Notes: generated by a model not told the origin, from the sequence alone. A stretch of DNA of 64,000 bases from Candidatus Uhrbacteria bacterium CG10_big_fil_rev_8_21_14_0_10_48_11 (GCA_002793855.1 PFET01000001.1:19520-83519), one strand, 5' to 3'. Shown: positions 30,406 through 42,189, numbered from the stretch's first letter. Numbers and translations: made by a program.

Positions 30406-33210
30406 CTAGAATAGTTTTTTTAGAAACTGTCCGGTGTACGACTGCTTCACCTTGGCAACATCCTTTGGTGTACCTGCCGCCACTACTTCACCGCCACCAA
30501 CGCCACCCTCTGGTCCAAGATCGATGAGCCAATCGGCAGATTTGATAACGTCAAGATTGTGCTCAATAACCAAAATTGAATTACCCTTATCAACCAAACG
30601 CTGCAACACCGTCAGTAGGTGGCGCACATCTTCAAAATGCAGTCCGGTTGTCGGCTCATCGAGAATGTAGAGTGTCTTGCCGGTTGCACGACGCGAGAGC
30701 TCTGTTGCCAGTTTTACCCGTTGCGCTTCCCCGCCGGAAAGCGTAGTCGCTGGCTGACCAAGATGGATGTAGCCGAGCCCAACATCATAAAGCGTATCAA
30801 GTTTGCTCTTAATCGAAGGGATGTTCTGGAAAAAATCTTTTGCCTCTTCAACGGTCATATTGAGCACCTCAGCAATATTTTTTCCTCGATAATGAATTTC
30901 TAACGCTGAAGCATTGTAGCGCGTACCATGACATTCATCACAATCAACGTAAACGTCAGCCAAAAACTGCATCTCGATTGCCACCTGACCTTCCCCTTGG
31001 CATGCCTCGCAGCGACCACCCTTTACGTTAAAACTAAACCGCCCCGGCTTGTACCCCCGAATGTTTGATTCAGGAAGTCCGGCGAATAAGTCTCGAATCG
31101 GCGTAAAAAGACCGGTATAGGTCGCCGGGTTGGATCGCGGCGTGCGGCCGATTGGTGACTGGTCAATGGTAATAACTTTATCAAGATGCTCTAACCCGCG
31201 AATGGCTCGATGTTTGCCGGGATTATCTTTAGCGCGATAAAACTTTTGTGCCAACGCTTTGGATAAAATCTCGGTAACCAGCGTTGACTTGCCGGACCCA
31301 GAAACACCGGACACCACAACCAACTCCCCTAGCGGAATGGTAACGTCAATATTTTTTAAGTTGAACTCGGCTGCGCCAAGAATGGTAAGCTCTTTCCCGT
31401 TACCTTTGCGGTAACTCTTTGGCGCGGCAATAGAACGCTTACCAGAAAGATACTGGCCGGTAAGTGATTTTTCGTTCTTAGCAACAGCACTTGGAGAACC
31501 CTGGGCAACAACCCGACCACCGTGCTTCCCGGCACCGGGACCGATGTCGATAAGTTCATCGGCCGCGCGCATGGTATCTTCATCGTGCTCAACAACGATA
31601 ACGGTGTTTCCAAGATCACGAAGGGACTTTAGGGTAGCGATGAGCCGTGCATTGTCGCGCTGATGCAGTCCAATTGATGGTTCATCCAAAATGTAGATGA
31701 CGCCGACAAGGCTTGAGCCGATTTGCGTAGCCAAACGGATACGCTGCGCCTCACCGCCAGAAAGGGTGGTCGCCGAACGGTCTAGCGTTAGGTAATCAAG
31801 ACCGACGTTGTGCAAAAAATCGAGACGTGCTCGTATCTCTTTTAAAATCTGCTTAGCGATTTCCTGTTCTTTTTTATTGAGTGGGGTTTCTTTACTATCA
31901 AGACTTGCGAAAAAATCGATTGACCGATCAATACTGAGCATCGTGACGTCGGCAATAGAACGATTTCCGACCGTAACACCAAGCACCTCTGCTTTTAATC
32001 GCTTACCGCCGCAGCTCGGGCAGATCGACACCCGCATATACCCCTCAATCTCGTTTCGGAAATAATCAGAATCCGTGTCCTGATATCTACGCTCTAGGAA
32101 AGGGATGACTCCCTCAAAATCATTCTCCGTATCACCGTAGAGCACATATTGGAGGTCACTTTTCTTCATAGTACCAACCGGCACCGTCAGAGAAAACTTT
32201 CGTTTCTTTGCCACGGTTTCCAGTTTCGACATATGCCAATACTGACTGGCGGCTGAACGCGACCATGGTCTGATGGCACCCTCGGCAATAGACAGCCGCG
32301 GGTTGGGCATAACAAACTCTGGATCAATTTCTTGTTTCGTTCCGAGCCCGGTACATTTGGGACACGCACCGTGGGGACTGTTAAATGAAAAGTTGCGAGG
32401 TTCAAGTTCCGGCAAATCAATACCGCAGGCCGCACATGCCAAATGTTCACTCATTAAGTGATCGGTCTCGTTTGTAGTCTCGTGAACAACAACGAGGCCA
32501 TTACCTAAATCAAGCGACTGTTCAACCGCTTCGCGAAGTCGTGTCGCCACGTCACTCCCGACTGGTTTGCCTGCGAGTGGCAAGGCTACGCGATCAATGA
32601 CCACGTCAAGACTATGCTTTTTTTGTTTGTCGACCGGTAAGGCGTCTGCTTCTGACAGGGTATAAAAAAAGCCATCAAAACGAACTCGAGCGTAGCCGGC
32701 TTTTTCCAACTCTTTTAAGATTTTTTTGTGCTCCCCTTTTTGATCACGAACAACGGGCGCCATAACCATCACTTGCTCAGTATTCAGCTTAAGAATGCGG
32801 GCAACAATTTGTGCGACGGTTTGTCGAGAAATTTCTTCACCGCAATTCGGACAGTGTGGATGTCCGGTGCGAGCAAAAAGAAGCCGAAGGTAATCATAAA
32901 TTTCTGTGACCGTACCCACCGTAGAGCGAGGATTGTGCGAAACGGACTTTTGATCAATTGAAATCGCCGGAGAAAGTCCGTCTATTTGATCAACGTCCGG
33001 CTTATCCATAAGCCCCAAGAACTGTCGTGCGTAGGCAGACAGTGATTCAACGTAACGACGTTGCCCCTCGGCATAAATGGTGTCGAACGCCAACGACGAC
33101 TTACCGGAACCCGACAAACCGGTCAACACGACCAGCTTGTCGCGGGGGATCGTGACATCAATGTTCTGTAAATTGTGGACGCGGGCACCGCGAATGACTA
33201 TTGGCATCAA
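30406..33210 (-). CDS. uvrA: Excinuclease ABC subunit A
   Basis: Two ABC ATPase domains ([24 protein letters not shown] twice) and zinc fingers. Confidence 0.98.
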   Translation of the reverse strand: MMPIVIRGARVHNLQNIDVTIPRDKLVVLTGLSGSGKSSLAFDTIYAEGQRRYVESLSAYARQFLGLMDKPDVDQIDGLSPAISIDQKSVSHNPRSTVGTVTEIYDYLRLLFARTGHPHCPNCGEEISRQTVAQIVARILKLNTEQVMVMAPVVRDQKGEHKKILKELEKAGYARVRFDGFFYTLSEADALPVDKQKKHSLDVVIDRVALPLAGKPVGSDVATRLREAVEQSLDLGNGLVVVHETTNETDHLMSEHLACAACGIDLPELEPRNFSFNSPHGACPKCTGLGTKQEIDPEFVMPNPRLSIAEGAIRPWSRSAASQYWHMSKLETVAKKRKFSLTVPVGTMKKSDLQYVLYGDTENDFEGVIPFLERRYQDTDSDYFRNEIEGYMRVSICPSCGGKRLKAEVLGVTVGNRSIADVTMLSIDRSIDFFASLDSKETPLNKKEQEIAKQILKEIRARLDFLHNVGLDYLTLDRSATTLSGGEAQRIRLATQIGSSLVGVIYILDEPSIGLHQRDNARLIATLKSLRDLGNTVIVVEHDEDTMRAADELIDIGPGAGKHGGRVVAQGSPSAVAKNEKSLTGQYLSGKRSIAAPKSYRKGNGKELTILGAAEFNLKNIDVTIPLGELVVVSGVSGSGKSTLVTEILSKALAQKFYRAKDNPGKHRAIRGLEHLDKVITIDQSPIGRTPRSNPATYTGLFTPIRDLFAGLPESNIRGYKPGRFSFNVKGGRCEACQGEGQVAIEMQFLADVYVDCDECHGTRYNASALEIHYRGKNIAEVLNMTVEEAKDFFQNIPSIKSKLDTLYDVGLGYIHLGQPATTLSGGEAQRVKLATELSRRATGKTLYILDEPTTGLHFEDVRHLLTVLQRLVDKGNSILVIEHNLDVIKSADWLIDLGPEGGVGGGEVVAAGTPKDVAKVKQSYTGQFLKKLF

Positions 33211-33224
33211 AATTTTCTCTTCCC

Positions 33225-34004
33225 TTATGGAGTACAGCTACTACACTCTGGAATAGTGTTCCCGCTGAAAGCACTTACCGCCTCTTCGCATGAATCAAAA
33301 TCTGGAGGGTGTAGATACGCAGTTGTTCCCTCAGGACAGGTCTCTCCGTCCTGTGGCACGATTAACGCTTCAACGTTAAAGCAAATACCATAACCAGGGC
33401 AGGCTGGATTTGTGGTTTGACGCACGCAACAAGTAAAAGTTCCCGGCAGCGGTCGCTCGCAATAACAATTGGTGCCCGCTACTTCTCCACCGCAATATTG
33501 ATCAGCGTCAACTGGGCCATCGTAAAAAAAGAATGGGGTATCCGCCGGACGTTCTTGGTAATTATTACAACCCTGTACGACAGCCGTACGTGGTTCCCTG
33601 ACAACTGTCGGTATTCTCAATTCGTTAAATCTGACTAAATTAGGATTGATCGTATTCAAAAGCACCCACGAGAGCAGTAAAAGAACGTAACCAGAAAGCG
33701 CACCGCCGATATGGGTCTTTGCTTGCTCAATTCTTGACGTATTACCGGCAGCGGTCAGCCACAAGAAACCACCAATCATTAGCACAATGGCGGAAAGTAC
33801 CCCGCCAGCGTAGACTGAAAAAGTATAGACGGCGATAATATACGACCCTATGGAATCATTATCAATAAAGATTGTTTGGTTTGCCGCTCCGAAACCCGGC
33901 AGACCTATCTGCAGTTGCAACGGTATCGCGGCCCAGGCTTGCAGACCAAAGAAAACGCCGAGAGCAACCAGACTAGCAATGAAAAGATAGGTTTGTTTCC
34001 TCAT
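33225..34004 (-). CDS. TrbC/VirB2-like pilin domain protein with Cys-rich C-terminus
   Basis: [20 protein letters not shown]...LLLSW.LL.TINP.L motif of the CPR pilin-like family. Confidence 0.75.
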   Translation of the reverse strand: MRKQTYLFIASLVALGVFFGLQAWAAIPLQLQIGLPGFGAANQTIFIDNDSIGSYIIAVYTFSVYAGGVLSAIVLMIGGFLWLTAAGNTSRIEQAKTHIGGALSGYVLLLLSWVLLNTINPNLVRFNELRIPTVVREPRTAVVQGCNNYQERPADTPFFFYDGPVDADQYCGGEVAGTNCYCERPLPGTFTCCVRQTTNPACPGYGICFNVEALIVPQDGETCPEGTTAYLHPPDFDSCEEAVSAFSGNTIPECSSCTP

Positions 34005-34006
34005 AC

Positions 34007-34756
34007 CTACTGCGTAGTAATGAACACCTCAATAATTTTCCGAAAGAGGTCGGCAGGAATTGCTCCTTCTATTTTGTGACCGTTAATAAACCAGGTCGGC
34101 GTACCCCGAACCCCAAGTGCCGTACCGTCGACGACATCTCGAGCAACCGCACTCTGCTGCTGATGATTCGTAAGACAGGTGTTAAACGTTTGGCTGTTCA
34201 TACCAACCTGCACGGCATAACGTTCGAGACTCGTTTGGTCTAACGCCGACTGGTTTAGAAATAACTTATCATGATAAATTAAAAACATATCTTGAGCAGC
34301 TGCACAGAGCGATGCCTCGGCAGCTAAGGGTGCGTCAGGGTGAAGGGAGACGACCGGAAACTGACGATAAACAAAACGCAACTTCCCTTCGTAGATTGAC
34401 ATCAACGACCGAATGACAGGAAATGACTCCTCGCAAAATGGGCACTGGAAATCAGCAAACTCTACAATGGTCACCGGCGCATCGCTTGGTCCGACTACTG
34501 GACTGTCCTCACGAATCAGCTTGTCTGCGTCAGCCGAACTAATGGCTGGCGGTAAACTACTTACACTTAGTGCGCCGCTATTTTGGTCTGCGGGAATGGT
34601 AGTTGCCAATCGGCTATAAATCCGCGGCCCGAGAGCCATCACCAACAAAAAGAAAACTACCGCAAGTAAAAGTAGGACGATGCCCCACCACCGTCGCCAC
34701 CATGGCGTGGCAGCGGGTGTGATAAATTCGGATGGTTCGGTTGAAAAATCGCTCAC
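34007..34756 (-). CDS. DsbA-family thioredoxin-fold oxidoreductase
   Basis: EFADFQCPFC, GTPTWFING, N-terminal TM. Confidence 0.9.
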   Translation of the reverse strand: MSDFSTEPSEFITPAATPWWRRWWGIVLLLLAVVFFLLVMALGPRIYSRLATTIPADQNSGALSVSSLPPAISSADADKLIREDSPVVGPSDAPVTIVEFADFQCPFCEESFPVIRSLMSIYEGKLRFVYRQFPVVSLHPDAPLAAEASLCAAAQDMFLIYHDKLFLNQSALDQTSLERYAVQVGMNSQTFNTCLTNHQQQSAVARDVVDGTALGVRGTPTWFINGHKIEGAIPADLFRKIIEVFITTQ

Positions 34757-34887
34757 AGTTGCGAAGTACTAGATAAAATAGGTACACTATAAACACACGG
34801 TAGTATAACCGTATCATTCTTTTAGAAAATCAGAAATGAAACGGCGGTATGCAAGTCTACCATATAGTGAGGCTGCTGTCTATTGTT

Positions 34888-35049
34888 ATGCGAGGACAAA
34901 AACAAACCGACGAAGAAGTTAGTATTCCGGCAGCTAGAAGTGCTCGCTGGAAACGACGCGATCGCCAGGCAAACCCAAAGATGAAAGTAAGTGGACGAGG
35001 AACAAGAACACTCGCCGCGCGGCTACAAAATCAGAAAAAGCGAGGTTGA
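34888..35049 (+). CDS. Small basic hypothetical protein (53 aa)
   Basis: ATG-initiated Arg/Lys-rich ORF filling the gap upstream of secG. Confidence 0.45.
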   Translation: MRGQKQTDEEVSIPAARSARWKRRDRQANPKMKVSGRGTRTLAARLQNQKKRG

Positions 35050-35074
35050 CAGCACAAACACATTATGCTACAGT
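35046..35074 (+). promoter_or_regulatory. sigma70-type promoter of secG
   Basis: TTGACA-17 bp-TACAGT with TG extension. Confidence 0.55.
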
Positions 35075-35132
35075 CATCATTCAGTAACTGGTAATTATTC
35101 AAGCACGGCCTGCGGGCTTTTCTTTTTTATCT

Positions 35133-35360
35133 ATGGATCAGCTAAAAACAATTCTCCCAATAGTTCAGATTGTCATATCAATACTCCTCATTATTACCGT
35201 TCTTCTACAGCAACGAGGTAGTGAGGTCGGTGGCGCATTTGGTGGTGGTGGCGGCGCGGTCTACCGAACGAAACGTGGTATCGAAAAAACTCTTTTCCGT
35301 GCAACTATTGCTCTCGGCATATTGTTCGCAGGCGCATCACTTTTGCGACTGCTCATCTAG
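35133..35360 (+). CDS. secG: Preprotein translocase subunit SecG
   Basis: VLLQQRGSEVGGAFGG...RG.EK.L, two TM helices. Confidence 0.93.
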   Translation: MDQLKTILPIVQIVISILLIITVLLQQRGSEVGGAFGGGGGAVYRTKRGIEKTLFRATIALGILFAGASLLRLLI

Positions 35361-35407
35361 TTCGTCGCGAGCCGGCGCGGTAGCACACGTCCGGCACCAT
35401 TTTTTAT

Positions 35408-37219
35408 ATGGAACAACCGCATCATTCTGAGGCTGAACGTACTGAATCAAGATCGTCCGTTACTCACGGCGTACGCAAATTGTTGCCGAAAAATTTTCTT
35501 CTACGTCTACAAAAAACTGGACAAGTACTACCCTCAGCGAGACAGCTTGTACACGCAGCAAATATTTTTTCAAAGCGTGAACGACAAATTCTTGCAACCT
35601 GTTTCGCCCTCATTACGGCATCGGTCATCTGGCTTGGTGTTAACCAAGTAAGTGCTCATCTTACGGCTGACCCCGCAACTGGTGGCACGTATCAAGAGGC
35701 ACTTGTCGGGCAGCCAAGATTTTTGAACCCAGTGTTTGCTGGTGCGCAGGCGGTAGATGTTGACCTTACGCGTCTCATCTTCTCCGGACTTTTCCGTTAC
35801 GACAAAAACTTAAAACCCGTACCCGATTTAACCGCCTCCTACTCAATTAGCGATGATGGTCGTTCGTATACGGTTGTGCTGCGTGACGATGTGCTGTGGC
35901 ACGACAACGAACCGCTTACCATTGACGACGTCGTCTTCACTTACGAAAGCCTGACTGACCCTGACCTTAGGAGCCCGCTTGGGGCAACCTTCCGCGGAGT
36001 AGTCATTGAACGCGTTGACGACCACACCATCCGTTTCACTCTCAAAGAACCCTACACGGGTTTTCTGGATGCCTTGACGGTGGGCATTATTCCGCAACAC
36101 ATTTGGGGAAGCATCCCTACTACGCAATGGCGCCTTGCCGATTTCAACATTCGACCGGTAGGAAGCGGGCCGTGGCAGTTCGCCAGTCTTAACCAAGACA
36201 GAGACGGTTTCATTAAAAGCTACTCACTAACTCAAGCAGACAGCTTGCCAAACACCGGCTACCTCGACCGATTGGTCTTTAAATTTTTTGCCGATGAACC
36301 TTCAGCCATTCAAGCTCTTAAAAATCATAGCGTTGACGGCTTTGCTCTACTCTCTTCTGACGGCCTCAAAGAGCTTAGTCATGGCGAAGGCGGATTCACT
36401 CACTACGATCTCCGTTTGCCGGCGGTGAGTGCCGTCTTCTTTAACCTAGGGCAATCCGGACCACTGACCACACTGGCTATCCGCCAAGCGTTAGACATGG
36501 CAATCGATCGCCGAGCATTGGTTCTTGACGCCCTACTGGGAGAAGCAACTGTTAGCACCGGACCGCTACCGGCAACTTTAATAAATAACGACATAAAGGA
36601 TAGTCCTCATTTTGATAAAGCAGCGGCTGAAAAATTGCTTGACCAATCAGGATGGAAGCGAGACGGTGACGTGCGAAAAAATAAAAAAGGAGAACCGCTG
36701 AACGTAACGTTGACCGTTATTGACCGAGACCCAGACCGCACTGCTGGTCAGTTCATCCAAGCTGCCTGGCAGGCTATTGGCGTCAGTACAAAAATTGATC
36801 TCATCTCGCCAGCCACGCCAACGAATGTACAGCGTAGCGTTCTCCGCCCTCGTGCCTACCAAGCACTCCTCTATACCATCGTCTACGGCGCTTGGACCGA
36901 CCCCTACCCCTTCTGGCACTCCTCGCAACGTGTTGACCCCGGACTCAACCTTTCGCTCTTCAGTAATGATGCCGCGGACAAAGCCATAGAAACAATCCGC
37001 CGTGCACAGGATGATGCTACTGCCAGCAAAAGTTACGAGGCATTACGCAACGCCATCGATGACACTGTACCTGCCGCATTTCTCTACACGCCAGTTCGAC
37101 AGTACATTATTTCTGATGACGTCCGTGGCATTATGGTAACGAAGGTAGCGAGCCTCGCTGATCGTTTTAATGACATTGCTTCTTGGTACACCAAAACAAA
37201 TCAACGACTTACCTGGTAA
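35408..37219 (+). CDS. ABC transporter substrate-binding protein, family 5
   Basis: LIFSGL, PDL, WHD..P.T.DDV.FT, PVGSGP, IRQAL..AIDR. Confidence 0.9.
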   Translation: MEQPHHSEAERTESRSSVTHGVRKLLPKNFLLRLQKTGQVLPSARQLVHAANIFSKRERQILATCFALITASVIWLGVNQVSAHLTADPATGGTYQEALVGQPRFLNPVFAGAQAVDVDLTRLIFSGLFRYDKNLKPVPDLTASYSISDDGRSYTVVLRDDVLWHDNEPLTIDDVVFTYESLTDPDLRSPLGATFRGVVIERVDDHTIRFTLKEPYTGFLDALTVGIIPQHIWGSIPTTQWRLADFNIRPVGSGPWQFASLNQDRDGFIKSYSLTQADSLPNTGYLDRLVFKFFADEPSAIQALKNHSVDGFALLSSDGLKELSHGEGGFTHYDLRLPAVSAVFFNLGQSGPLTTLAIRQALDMAIDRRALVLDALLGEATVSTGPLPATLINNDIKDSPHFDKAAAEKLLDQSGWKRDGDVRKNKKGEPLNVTLTVIDRDPDRTAGQFIQAAWQAIGVSTKIDLISPATPTNVQRSVLRPRAYQALLYTIVYGAWTDPYPFWHSSQRVDPGLNLSLFSNDAADKAIETIRRAQDDATASKSYEALRNAIDDTVPAAFLYTPVRQYIISDDVRGIMVTKVASLADRFNDIASWYTKTNQRLTW

Positions 37220-37304
37220 CAAGACAGTGCATGATGTTCATGCTATCGTAGGCAGAACATAGTTCCTCGTTTCGGTTTCGTTCTTTTCAGTTTAAGCACC
37301 CTCT

Positions 37305-37391
37305 GCAGGCGTGGCGGAATTGGTATACGCGTACGCTTCAGGAGCGTATGAGAGCAATCTCGTGAGGGTTCGAGTCCCTCCGCCTGCACCA
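37305..37391 (+). tRNA. tRNA-Leu(CAG)
   Basis: GCAGGCGTGGCGGAATTGG...TACGC TTCAGGA GCGTA...GCCTGCACCA. Confidence 0.96.
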
Positions 37392-37435
37392 ATAACGTTG
37401 GTTACGACTTTGTCGTAACCTATAAGAGGTTTCTA

Positions 37436-37557
37436 GTCCCGCGAGCACGCGGGGCACCAGGTACGTTTGTCCCGCGAGTGCTCCGTGCACCATTCTTCGT
37501 TCTCCGAGCTACGAATGGCACGCCATCCATTCGTTTCAGCTTCGGATGGCGCGGCCA
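37436..37557 (+). repeat. tRNA-3'-associated repeats: two GTCCCGCGAG...GCACCA units and two CCATYC..TTCG..AGCTWCGRATGG hairpin units
   Basis: Direct comparison within the region and with 43239-43276. Confidence 0.7.
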
Positions 37558-37732
37558 GTTAAGAGCAAAGACCAAAAAGTCCCTCAAGGCTGCGGTAGGC
37601 AGATTTTCTTATTGCACGACACGGTAAAACTTTTCCTTTTAGATTTTCCGTTTCTTTATTCATTTTTATTAATCTTATTTTTTGGTGACACGTTTCCCGT
37701 TAGGATTTGTGCGCCACTACAATGACATACGT

Positions 37733-39547
37733 ATGACAGAACAAAACACGTTCAAAAGCCGGCCCTCTCGCGGGCAGGGCCGCTACCGATATCGGGGCGC
37801 AAAAGCTGCTACTGGCGGCAAGCGAGAACGAACAGAAACCACTCAACGCTCGACTCCATCAATGGCGAGCGGTGCTACCCCCAAGGGAACGCTTCGGGTC
37901 ATCCCCATAGGTGGGCTGGAAGAAATTGGTCGCAACTGTACCATCTTCGAGTACGGTGAGGATATCATCGTGGTCGATATGGGCATCCAATTCCCGGAAG
38001 AAGACATGCCGGGGATTGATTTCATTATTCCGAATCTTGCCTATCTCAAGGGTAAAGAAAAACGGATCCGCGGTGTCTTTATTACCCATGGACACATGGA
38101 CCACCTTGGTGCCATCCCCTACCTGATGCAGCAAATCGGCAACCCGCCAATTTACGCCGCACCGCTGACGCTAGGCATTATTCAACGTCGACAGGAAGAA
38201 TTTCCGCGGGCACCAAAACTGCATCTCATAAAAATAGACTCAACAAAGCGTGTTCCGGTTGGCAAGCACTTCGTTATCGAGCCTTTCCACGTTAATCACA
38301 ACATTACCGACGCCTTCGGACTTCTCATTCACACACCGGTCGGCACCATTGCGACTACTGGCGACTTTAAGTTTGACTACACACCAGTAGACGAAAAACC
38401 AGCGGAAATCGCACGCCTCGCAGAAGTCGGCAGCAAAGGAATACTCGCGCTAATGGCGGACAGCACCAACGCAAACTCGCCGGGACATCAAATTTCAGAA
38501 AAAGATGTTGGCGAAAATCTTGAACAGCTCATCAGAAAAGCCGATGGTCGTATTATTATCGGTGCTTTTGCTTCTCTCTTAACAAGGCACCAGCAGGTTA
38601 TTGATATTGCCGAAAAAGTGGAACGTAAAGTATTGCTGCTGGGTCGAAGCATCCACAACTACGTTGAAATTGCCCAGCGCCTTAAATACTTCAAAGTCCC
38701 TAAAGGCATTCTCATTGAAGAAGCTGATTTTAATAAATTGCCTGACAATAAAGTACTTGTCATCTGCACGGGGGCCATGGGACAGAAGAACTCCGCCTTA
38801 ATGCGCATCGCCAGTAACGAACACCGCTTAATCACGCTCAAAAAAGGCGACACTATTCTCTTCTCGTCGTCAGTCATTCCGGGTAACGAACGAACGGTAG
38901 AGCGACTGCAAGACTCGCTGGTTCGCAAAGGGGCAACCGTCTACAACAACGCAATGATGGACATTCACACTGGGGGTCACGCCAAACAAGAAGATCTCAA
39001 GTTGCTCCATCGACTTATTCGACCGAAGTATTTCATCCCTATCCACGGTAACCACTTCCGGCTCAAGGTACATGGTAATTTAGCGATTGAAACGGGCGTT
39101 GACCCAAAAAATGTTTTCATCGCGGACAACGGACAGATTATAGAGTTTACTAAAACAGGCGGCACGCTCACTAAAAAGCACGTCCCCGCTGATCACGTTT
39201 TTGTCGACGGTCTTGGTGTTGGCGATGTTTCAAATGTCGTCCTGCGAGAACGGCAAGCAATGGCCGAGGAAGGTATGTTCGTTATCATTGTAACGATAGA
39301 TGGCAAAACTGGACGAGCCATTGGCGAGCCAGATATTATCTCTCGCGGATTCATCTATATGAAAGAAAACGCGCGCTTAATTGGTAAGGTGCATGATAAG
39401 GTGAAAAAAATTCTTGACGAACCAAAAAAGGACACGCCTGCTTTTGACGCCTTCATCAGAGAGAAAATTAGAAACGAGATTGGTCAACTACTCTATGCCA
39501 ACACCCGTCGCCGACCAATGGTGTTGCCGGTTGTGAACGAAGTGTAG
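37733..39547 (+). CDS. rnj: Ribonuclease J
   Basis: GGLEEIGRN, THGHMDHLG, TGDFK, DSTN, IHTGGHA, RRPMVLP. Confidence 0.96.
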   Translation: MTEQNTFKSRPSRGQGRYRYRGAKAATGGKRERTETTQRSTPSMASGATPKGTLRVIPIGGLEEIGRNCTIFEYGEDIIVVDMGIQFPEEDMPGIDFIIPNLAYLKGKEKRIRGVFITHGHMDHLGAIPYLMQQIGNPPIYAAPLTLGIIQRRQEEFPRAPKLHLIKIDSTKRVPVGKHFVIEPFHVNHNITDAFGLLIHTPVGTIATTGDFKFDYTPVDEKPAEIARLAEVGSKGILALMADSTNANSPGHQISEKDVGENLEQLIRKADGRIIIGAFASLLTRHQQVIDIAEKVERKVLLLGRSIHNYVEIAQRLKYFKVPKGILIEEADFNKLPDNKVLVICTGAMGQKNSALMRIASNEHRLITLKKGDTILFSSSVIPGNERTVERLQDSLVRKGATVYNNAMMDIHTGGHAKQEDLKLLHRLIRPKYFIPIHGNHFRLKVHGNLAIETGVDPKNVFIADNGQIIEFTKTGGTLTKKHVPADHVFVDGLGVGDVSNVVLRERQAMAEEGMFVIIVTIDGKTGRAIGEPDIISRGFIYMKENARLIGKVHDKVKKILDEPKKDTPAFDAFIREKIRNEIGQLLYANTRRRPMVLPVVNEV

Positions 39548-39566
39548 AGACCGCGTCGACCTTTCT

Positions 39567-39602
39567 AAAATACCGCCGCGTTTTACGCGGCGGTATTTTT
39601 TT
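39567..39602 (+). terminator. Intrinsic terminator after rnj
   Basis: AAAATACCGCCGCG-TTTTA-CGCGGCGGTATTTTTTT. Confidence 0.9.
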
Positions 39603-39609
39603 ATTGTCG

Positions 39610-40734
39610 ATAGGGTACCAAGGCGTGATTTTCCACTCTGTATAAAACAAATTCGGTACATTATCACCCGCACTAGCATACAACACTTGTCCACCGGTGC
39701 CTTCGTATGACTTCATGGCTACTAAACCATAACGTATGCATTCTCCTGTTACCATGACACACTGTCGCGCAATACCACCAATAATTTCAAACGCGTCGAA
39801 TGCTCGCGCAACGTAACTATGCTGGGGTTGAACCTCAGTGCCAGCCACCTCTTTATACCGTGTGGCAAATGACGATGTGGCGCCGGTCGCTACCCTGTCG
39901 GGATAACGTGGCGCGTCGACAACCAAAACGCCTTCCGTACTATCGTTAACTGCGGCGAAGAACTGATCGCTTAAAATGGCCCTCGTCGTTAAGAATTGCA
40001 CGTGTAGACCTAACTCTTTTGCTTGGCGAAGAATAAGCGGACCTTCATCCGTATAACTGGCCAACTAGACTACTTCTATTTTTTTACTCTTCGGCTTCGT
40101 AAGCTGAGTGCGAAAATCAGTATCGCCTGCGTTAAGTGATTCTTTATCAATGACGCTACCTCCCGCACGCTCTAGAGCATCGGTAACAGCACTCAAAATG
40201 CCAACGCCGTAATCGTTTGCAATGGACATGATGGCAATATTTTTTGTTGCAAGGTATGTAGCAACACATCGGCTACATACTTGCCCTCGGCCACCGCCGA
40301 AGGGTAGTTTTAAAAGGTAAAATCATTTTCCGTCGTATACGCGGAGTGGATGTGGCCAAACCCGTTTGCACAATCTCATCTTCGTTCACAGGTGTGAGCG
40401 CTAAACCTACACCCGAACCCCATGTAAAAACAGCTGGAAAGGTGTCGCGAAGTTTTAAATTTTGATACGCGCTTATTGCCACCGAAGCGTTACCACCCTG
40501 ACTATCTTCAAAGACGAAGCGGATCGGACGACCGCTGCGGTGATTCGTTTCGTCGGCTGCTAACGTAAGGCCATGCCGTACCCACTCCCCTTGTTCCGCA
40601 CTGTTACCGGTCAGTGGTAAAATGGCTGCAAAAACAATATCGGAAGATCAGCGAGATTCCATTGTTTGCCAAAAAATAACACCAACAAGAGAAGCAACTA
40701 GCAAAATAAGTACAGAAATTTTTATTCTATTCAC
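39610..40734 (-). pseudogene. LivJ/LivK-like branched-chain amino acid ABC substrate-binding protein pseudogene
   Basis: ILPLTG..A..G, FEDSQG, ANDYG, DFRTQLTK and ARAFDA fragments interrupted by stops and frameshifts. Confidence 0.8.
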
Positions 40735-41524
40735 CATCTTCTCTGCCTAAAATTTTCTTCACCACGCGTTGTAATTCTTCTTCGCTATAGAAATGAATAG
40801 TGAGTTCCCCGGTACCATCTTTGTCGTCTATTTCAACTTTGGTTGCAAGTTCCCCCTCTAGTAACCCTCGATAATGGTCAAGAATATCGTCTTCGTCGTC
40901 CGCAGCGCCATTAGCAGCCGCCTGATTCTTTTGGCGCAACTTACGAACAGCTCGCTCGGTTTCGCGAACAGAAAAATTACCTTGTAGCAAGCGCTCAAAA
41001 AATTTCAACTGAGACGCCTCCGGAAGTCCGGCAATGACCTTAGCGTGTCCCTCGCTTAATTGACCCGCCCGAATGGCGTCCTGAATCTTCTGCGGCATAT
41101 CCAGTAACCGCAACGCGTTTGCAATGGATGGCCTGGTCTTCCCTACCTTCTCGGCAACCTGTGCCTGCGTCAGTTTAAATTCTTCCATCAATCGTTTGAA
41201 TGCTTCCGCGCGTTCAATGGGATTTAGGTCTTTACGTTGAATGTTTTCGATAAGCGCGAGAGAAAGCCGCTCTTGTTCATCTGCCTGGCGAACAATGACA
41301 AACACCTTGGTTAGGCCTGCCTGCTTTGCCGCACGAAAACGACGCTCACCGGCAATAAGCTGATAACGACCGCTCGGCTGCTCAGTAACGACCAGTGGCT
41401 GCAGGATGCCATGTTCTTTAATTGACTGAGCAAGCCCATCTAGCTCTTCCGCGCCAAATTCTTGACGTGGCTGCCAAGGATTCGCGTCAATAGAGGAAAG
41501 GGAAACGGATCGCATTTCGATCAT
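40727..41524 (-). CDS. parB: ParB/Spo0J partition protein
   Basis: NPWQPR, GILQPLVV, LIAGERRFRA, ENIQR.DL, HTH; ATG at 41524 preferred because the upstream TTG lies in a tRNA promoter. Confidence 0.93.
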   Translation of the reverse strand: MIEMRSVSLSSIDANPWQPRQEFGAEELDGLAQSIKEHGILQPLVVTEQPSGRYQLIAGERRFRAAKQAGLTKVFVIVRQADEQERLSLALIENIQRKDLNPIERAEAFKRLMEEFKLTQAQVAEKVGKTRPSIANALRLLDMPQKIQDAIRAGQLSEGHAKVIAGLPEASQLKFFERLLQGNFSVRETERAVRKLRQKNQAAANGAADDEDDILDHYRGLLEGELATKVEIDDKDGTGELTIHFYSEEELQRVVKKILGREDGE

Positions 41525-41577
41525 AGGAAGGGGTTCAAAAGTAAGTCCCTGCTTAGTATATCGGTTTCTGTAGGGCT

Positions 41578-41606
41578 TTGACAACGGGCGCGTTCATCAA
41601 TAGAAT
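41578..41606 (+). promoter_or_regulatory. sigma70-type promoter of tRNA-Leu(CAA)
   Basis: TTGACA-17 bp-TAGAAT. Confidence 0.7.
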
Positions 41607-41643
41607 AATTGAACCGTTGTATTCTCAATAGTTGGTGCCAAAT

Positions 41644-41730
41644 GCCGCGGTGGCGGAACTGGTATACGCGCGGGACTCAAAATCCCGTGGGGGCAACCTC
41701 GTGAGGGTTCGATTCCCTCCCGCGGCACCA
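41644..41730 (+). tRNA. tRNA-Leu(CAA)
   Basis: GCCGCGGTGGCGGAACTGG...CGGGA CTCAAAA TCCCG...CGCGGCACCA. Confidence 0.96.
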
Positions 41731-42069
41731 GAACAGAACTCAACGGCTTTTTCAAAGCCAGAAGATGGGACGCGCGAAGCGCATGGCACATCATTTGTTT
41801 TGAAAGTAGGTTCGAGCTTGGTACAATAAACACACCAAAAAGGTTTCTGACCTGTTTTAGGGCAGAAACCTTTTTATGTACGGTCAAAGAAAATTAATAT
41901 AGAAATGGACAAACAAAAAAACTGGCATAACGCCAGCTTGTTTATATTTTTTGGGTTGAAGTACTGTGACTTCTGTCTTCGTGCTTTCACGGCAAACCTC
42001 GACGGATAAACAAATCGGAATTTTCATCTCTTTCACCCTGCACTAAAATAATGAACTAAGGATGTATTT

Positions 42070-42146
42070 TGGTCGGGCTGGCGAGACTCGAACTCGCGAC
42101 CTTCTGCTCCCAAAGCAGACGCGCTAGCCAACTGCGCTACAGCCCG
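42070..42146 (-). tRNA. tRNA-Pro(TGG)
   Basis: CGGGCTGTAGCGCAG...TCTGC TTTGGGA GCAGA...CAGCCCGACCA. Confidence 0.96.
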
Positions 42147-42189
42147 ATTAAACTTCCTCTATTAAAAGAACAACACAACTAACATTCCT

